64,000 nt of DNA, taken from assembly GCA_034530615.2 (NCBI GenBank), contig JAVRCV020000052.1:32001-96000 (forward strand), in the 5' to 3' direction. This DNA comes from Aulosira sp. ZfuVER01. GTDB lineage: Bacteria > Cyanobacteriota > Cyanobacteriia > Cyanobacteriales > Nostocaceae. The notes under the pieces were generated by a model. It ran no database searches and was not told where the DNA came from. It was given only the letters and a program-made list of their open reading frames with translations. Made by a program: the position numbers and the translations under genes. Positions 62,536 to 64,000 of this stretch are shown piece after piece. How positions within the stretch are numbered: the stretch's first letter is position 1; each line of letters opens with the position of its first letter.

Positions 62536-62566
62536 CCCAAGCCTCGCAAAGCAGCGGGAGCTTGGG
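62536..62566. terminator. Hairpin between convergent beta-helix genes
   Basis: CCCAAGC-CTCGC...GCGGGA-GCTTGGG. Confidence 0.5.
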
Positions 62567-62610
62567 GCAGAAGTCCACGACGGCATAGCTTGTAGCGTTT
62601 GTGCCTTCAG

Positions 62611-62674
62611 GAGTACCGAGTACTGAGTGCTGAGTCCTAAGCAGGAATCTCACTGTTTACTCGGTACTCAGCAC
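62611..62674. repeat. Heptamer-derived inverted repeat (GAGTACC/GAGTGCT type)
   Basis: GAGTACCGAGTA 62611-62622 pairs perfectly with TACTCGGTACTC 62658-62669. Confidence 0.75.
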
Positions 62675-62717
62675 TGTTTCGGTCAGCCGGAGGGCTTGTC
62701 AAAGCATCGCTTGTTAT

Positions 62718-64000
62718 TTACTTTGCTGATGCGGCTTTTGAAAGAACTTCTAATGCACCTATGTCTATAACTGCACGTCCGTCACCATTTCCATCTTGTG
62801 GACGCTTTAAGCCTACTTGATCGGTAATTGGTGCGTTGATACCACTGAAATTGCTAGCGCCAAAATCAATTGCAGAGCTACCAGATCTGAGAGTAAAATT
62901 TCCCCTGGCTGGATCGCTAAATAGTGGATCTTTTCCCAGAATATTGTGAGTTAGCGAAGTGGTAAATTTAGAGGAATTGTAGACTAGGTTGTAGTCGTAT
63001 TGAGTGTTCTTGGCATTATATATTTTGTTAACTATTGCATCCTTTTTGGCATACATGATGTTGTTGAATACTTTCACCTGATCGGCATCAAGCACAGTAA
63101 TCTCTCCAGCTTCTCTGGTCTCAGGATACTGAGAATTTTGATAGGTTGTGTTATTAACCACATCAACATTAGCGCTGCTGTATACCACAATGCCAGCACC
63201 ACCATTCTTATAAGATATGTTGTTGGCAATGAGAGTTTTGCCTCTATACGGTTGATGAGTTGAATTGCTTTGAGTATTCAGGCTATCGTCAATCTCGATA
63301 CCATTACCCTCAGTAATTTTGCCTGTCTCTTTCCAAGGAATTAAGCTTTTGTTTTCGTAAACAATATTTCCCCGAATAATCATCTTGTATTGGCTGGTAT
63401 TGTTGTCAGAATTCCAGTTGTACAACATACCTATGGTGTTGGCTCCCCAAGGAGTGTAGAAGCAATTCTGGAATAGAACATTATTCTCGTATGTGAGATA
63501 GTCTGATTTAATACTACTTATACCTGCACCACCAAACTTAGAAACTTGGTTATTGCGAACTACAATATGGTGAGAATATTTGGTGATTTGAATTCCATTA
63601 TTTGAAGTCTGAGGATTGTTGAGATTGTTTTTTTGCTGTAGTGCATACTGCAAAGTGATATTGTCGTTATTTCCTTCTAATTTAAAACCCTCGACTGTAA
63701 TGTAAGAAGAGTTAACGATTTGAATGCCCGTGTAATTGTTTACTTTAATCAAGGGCTTATGTCCGGGATAGGCTTTGATGGTAGTTGGAGTCTTGGGCGT
63801 ACCTTGTTTGTTTTCAATATACATAACCGCTTGGGAAGGGTTTGTATTCGTATAAGTTCCGTTCATGACATATACGGTATCGCCCGGTTTTAACACGTAT
63901 GCTGCTTTGGACAAGGATCGAAATGCAGTACTTTCCTTCAAGCCATCATTATTATTATTTCCAGTTCCAGAGACATAGTAAGTTTTACCCGTCGTACTCT
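62718..64000 (-). CDS. Right-handed parallel beta-helix (pectin-lyase-like) protein; 5' end lies beyond the window
   Basis: Frame stays open upstream of 63941 (STTGKTYYVSGTGNNNNDGL..AFRSL..AA..LKPGDTVYVMNGTY); C-terminal DPLF..F.L..GSSAID.G...DIGALE. Confidence 0.85.
   Translation of the reverse strand, partial: STTGKTYYVSGTGNNNNDGLKESTAFRSLSKAAYVLKPGDTVYVMNGTYTNTNPSQAVMYIENKQGTPKTPTTIKAYPGHKPLIKVNNYTGIQIVNSSYITVEGFKLEGNNDNITLQYALQQKNNLNNPQTSNNGIQITKYSHHIVVRNNQVSKFGGAGISSIKSDYLTYENNVLFQNCFYTPWGANTIGMLYNWNSDNNTSQYKMIIRGNIVYENKSLIPWKETGKITEGNGIEIDDSLNTQSNSTHQPYRGKTLIANNISYKNGGAGIVVYSSANVDVVNNTTYQNSQYPETREAGEITVLDADQVKVFNNIMYAKKDAIVNKIYNAKNTQYDYNLVYNSSKFTTSLTHNILGKDPLFSDPARGNFTLRSGSSAIDFGASNFSGINAPITDQVGLKRPQDGNGDGRAVIDIGALEVLSKAASAK

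Overview
A 64-kb chromosomal window from a filamentous cyanobacterium, most likely Nostocales. The basis is dense HIP1 octamers (GCGATCGC), STRR-type heptamer arrays between genes, and the photosystem II genes psbK and psbM, both too short for the supplied ORF track. Most of the window is housekeeping: cobS, tgt, rlmB, Mini-III, carA, trpD, hemJ, dnaB, rplI, gloB, nfi and mnmH. The accessory parts are: (i) a lone, HIP1-free gene for a 439-aa ApeA-like HEPN protein at 23.4-24.7 kb, next to a start-less ORF remnant (candidate anti-phage insertion); (ii) a ~12-kb glycosylation cluster at 32-44 kb, whose ABC exporter carries a C-terminal histidine-kinase-like (HisKA) tandem, preceded by a perfect 38-bp palindrome and interrupted by a nested MITE/SDR-like element; (iii) a minus-strand run of FHA-zinc-ribbon, FHA-flavoprotein fusion, CPBP protease, GDSL hydrolase, membrane protein and ABC1 kinase genes; (iv) an EIIA(DhaM)-HPr-EI PTS fusion with no dhaK/dhaL in the window, abutting an ABC-2 permease; (v) two convergent secreted beta-helix proteins at the right edge. 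I saw no rRNA, tRNA, CRISPR array, transposase or integrase. All calls come from reading motifs by eye; no database searches were run.
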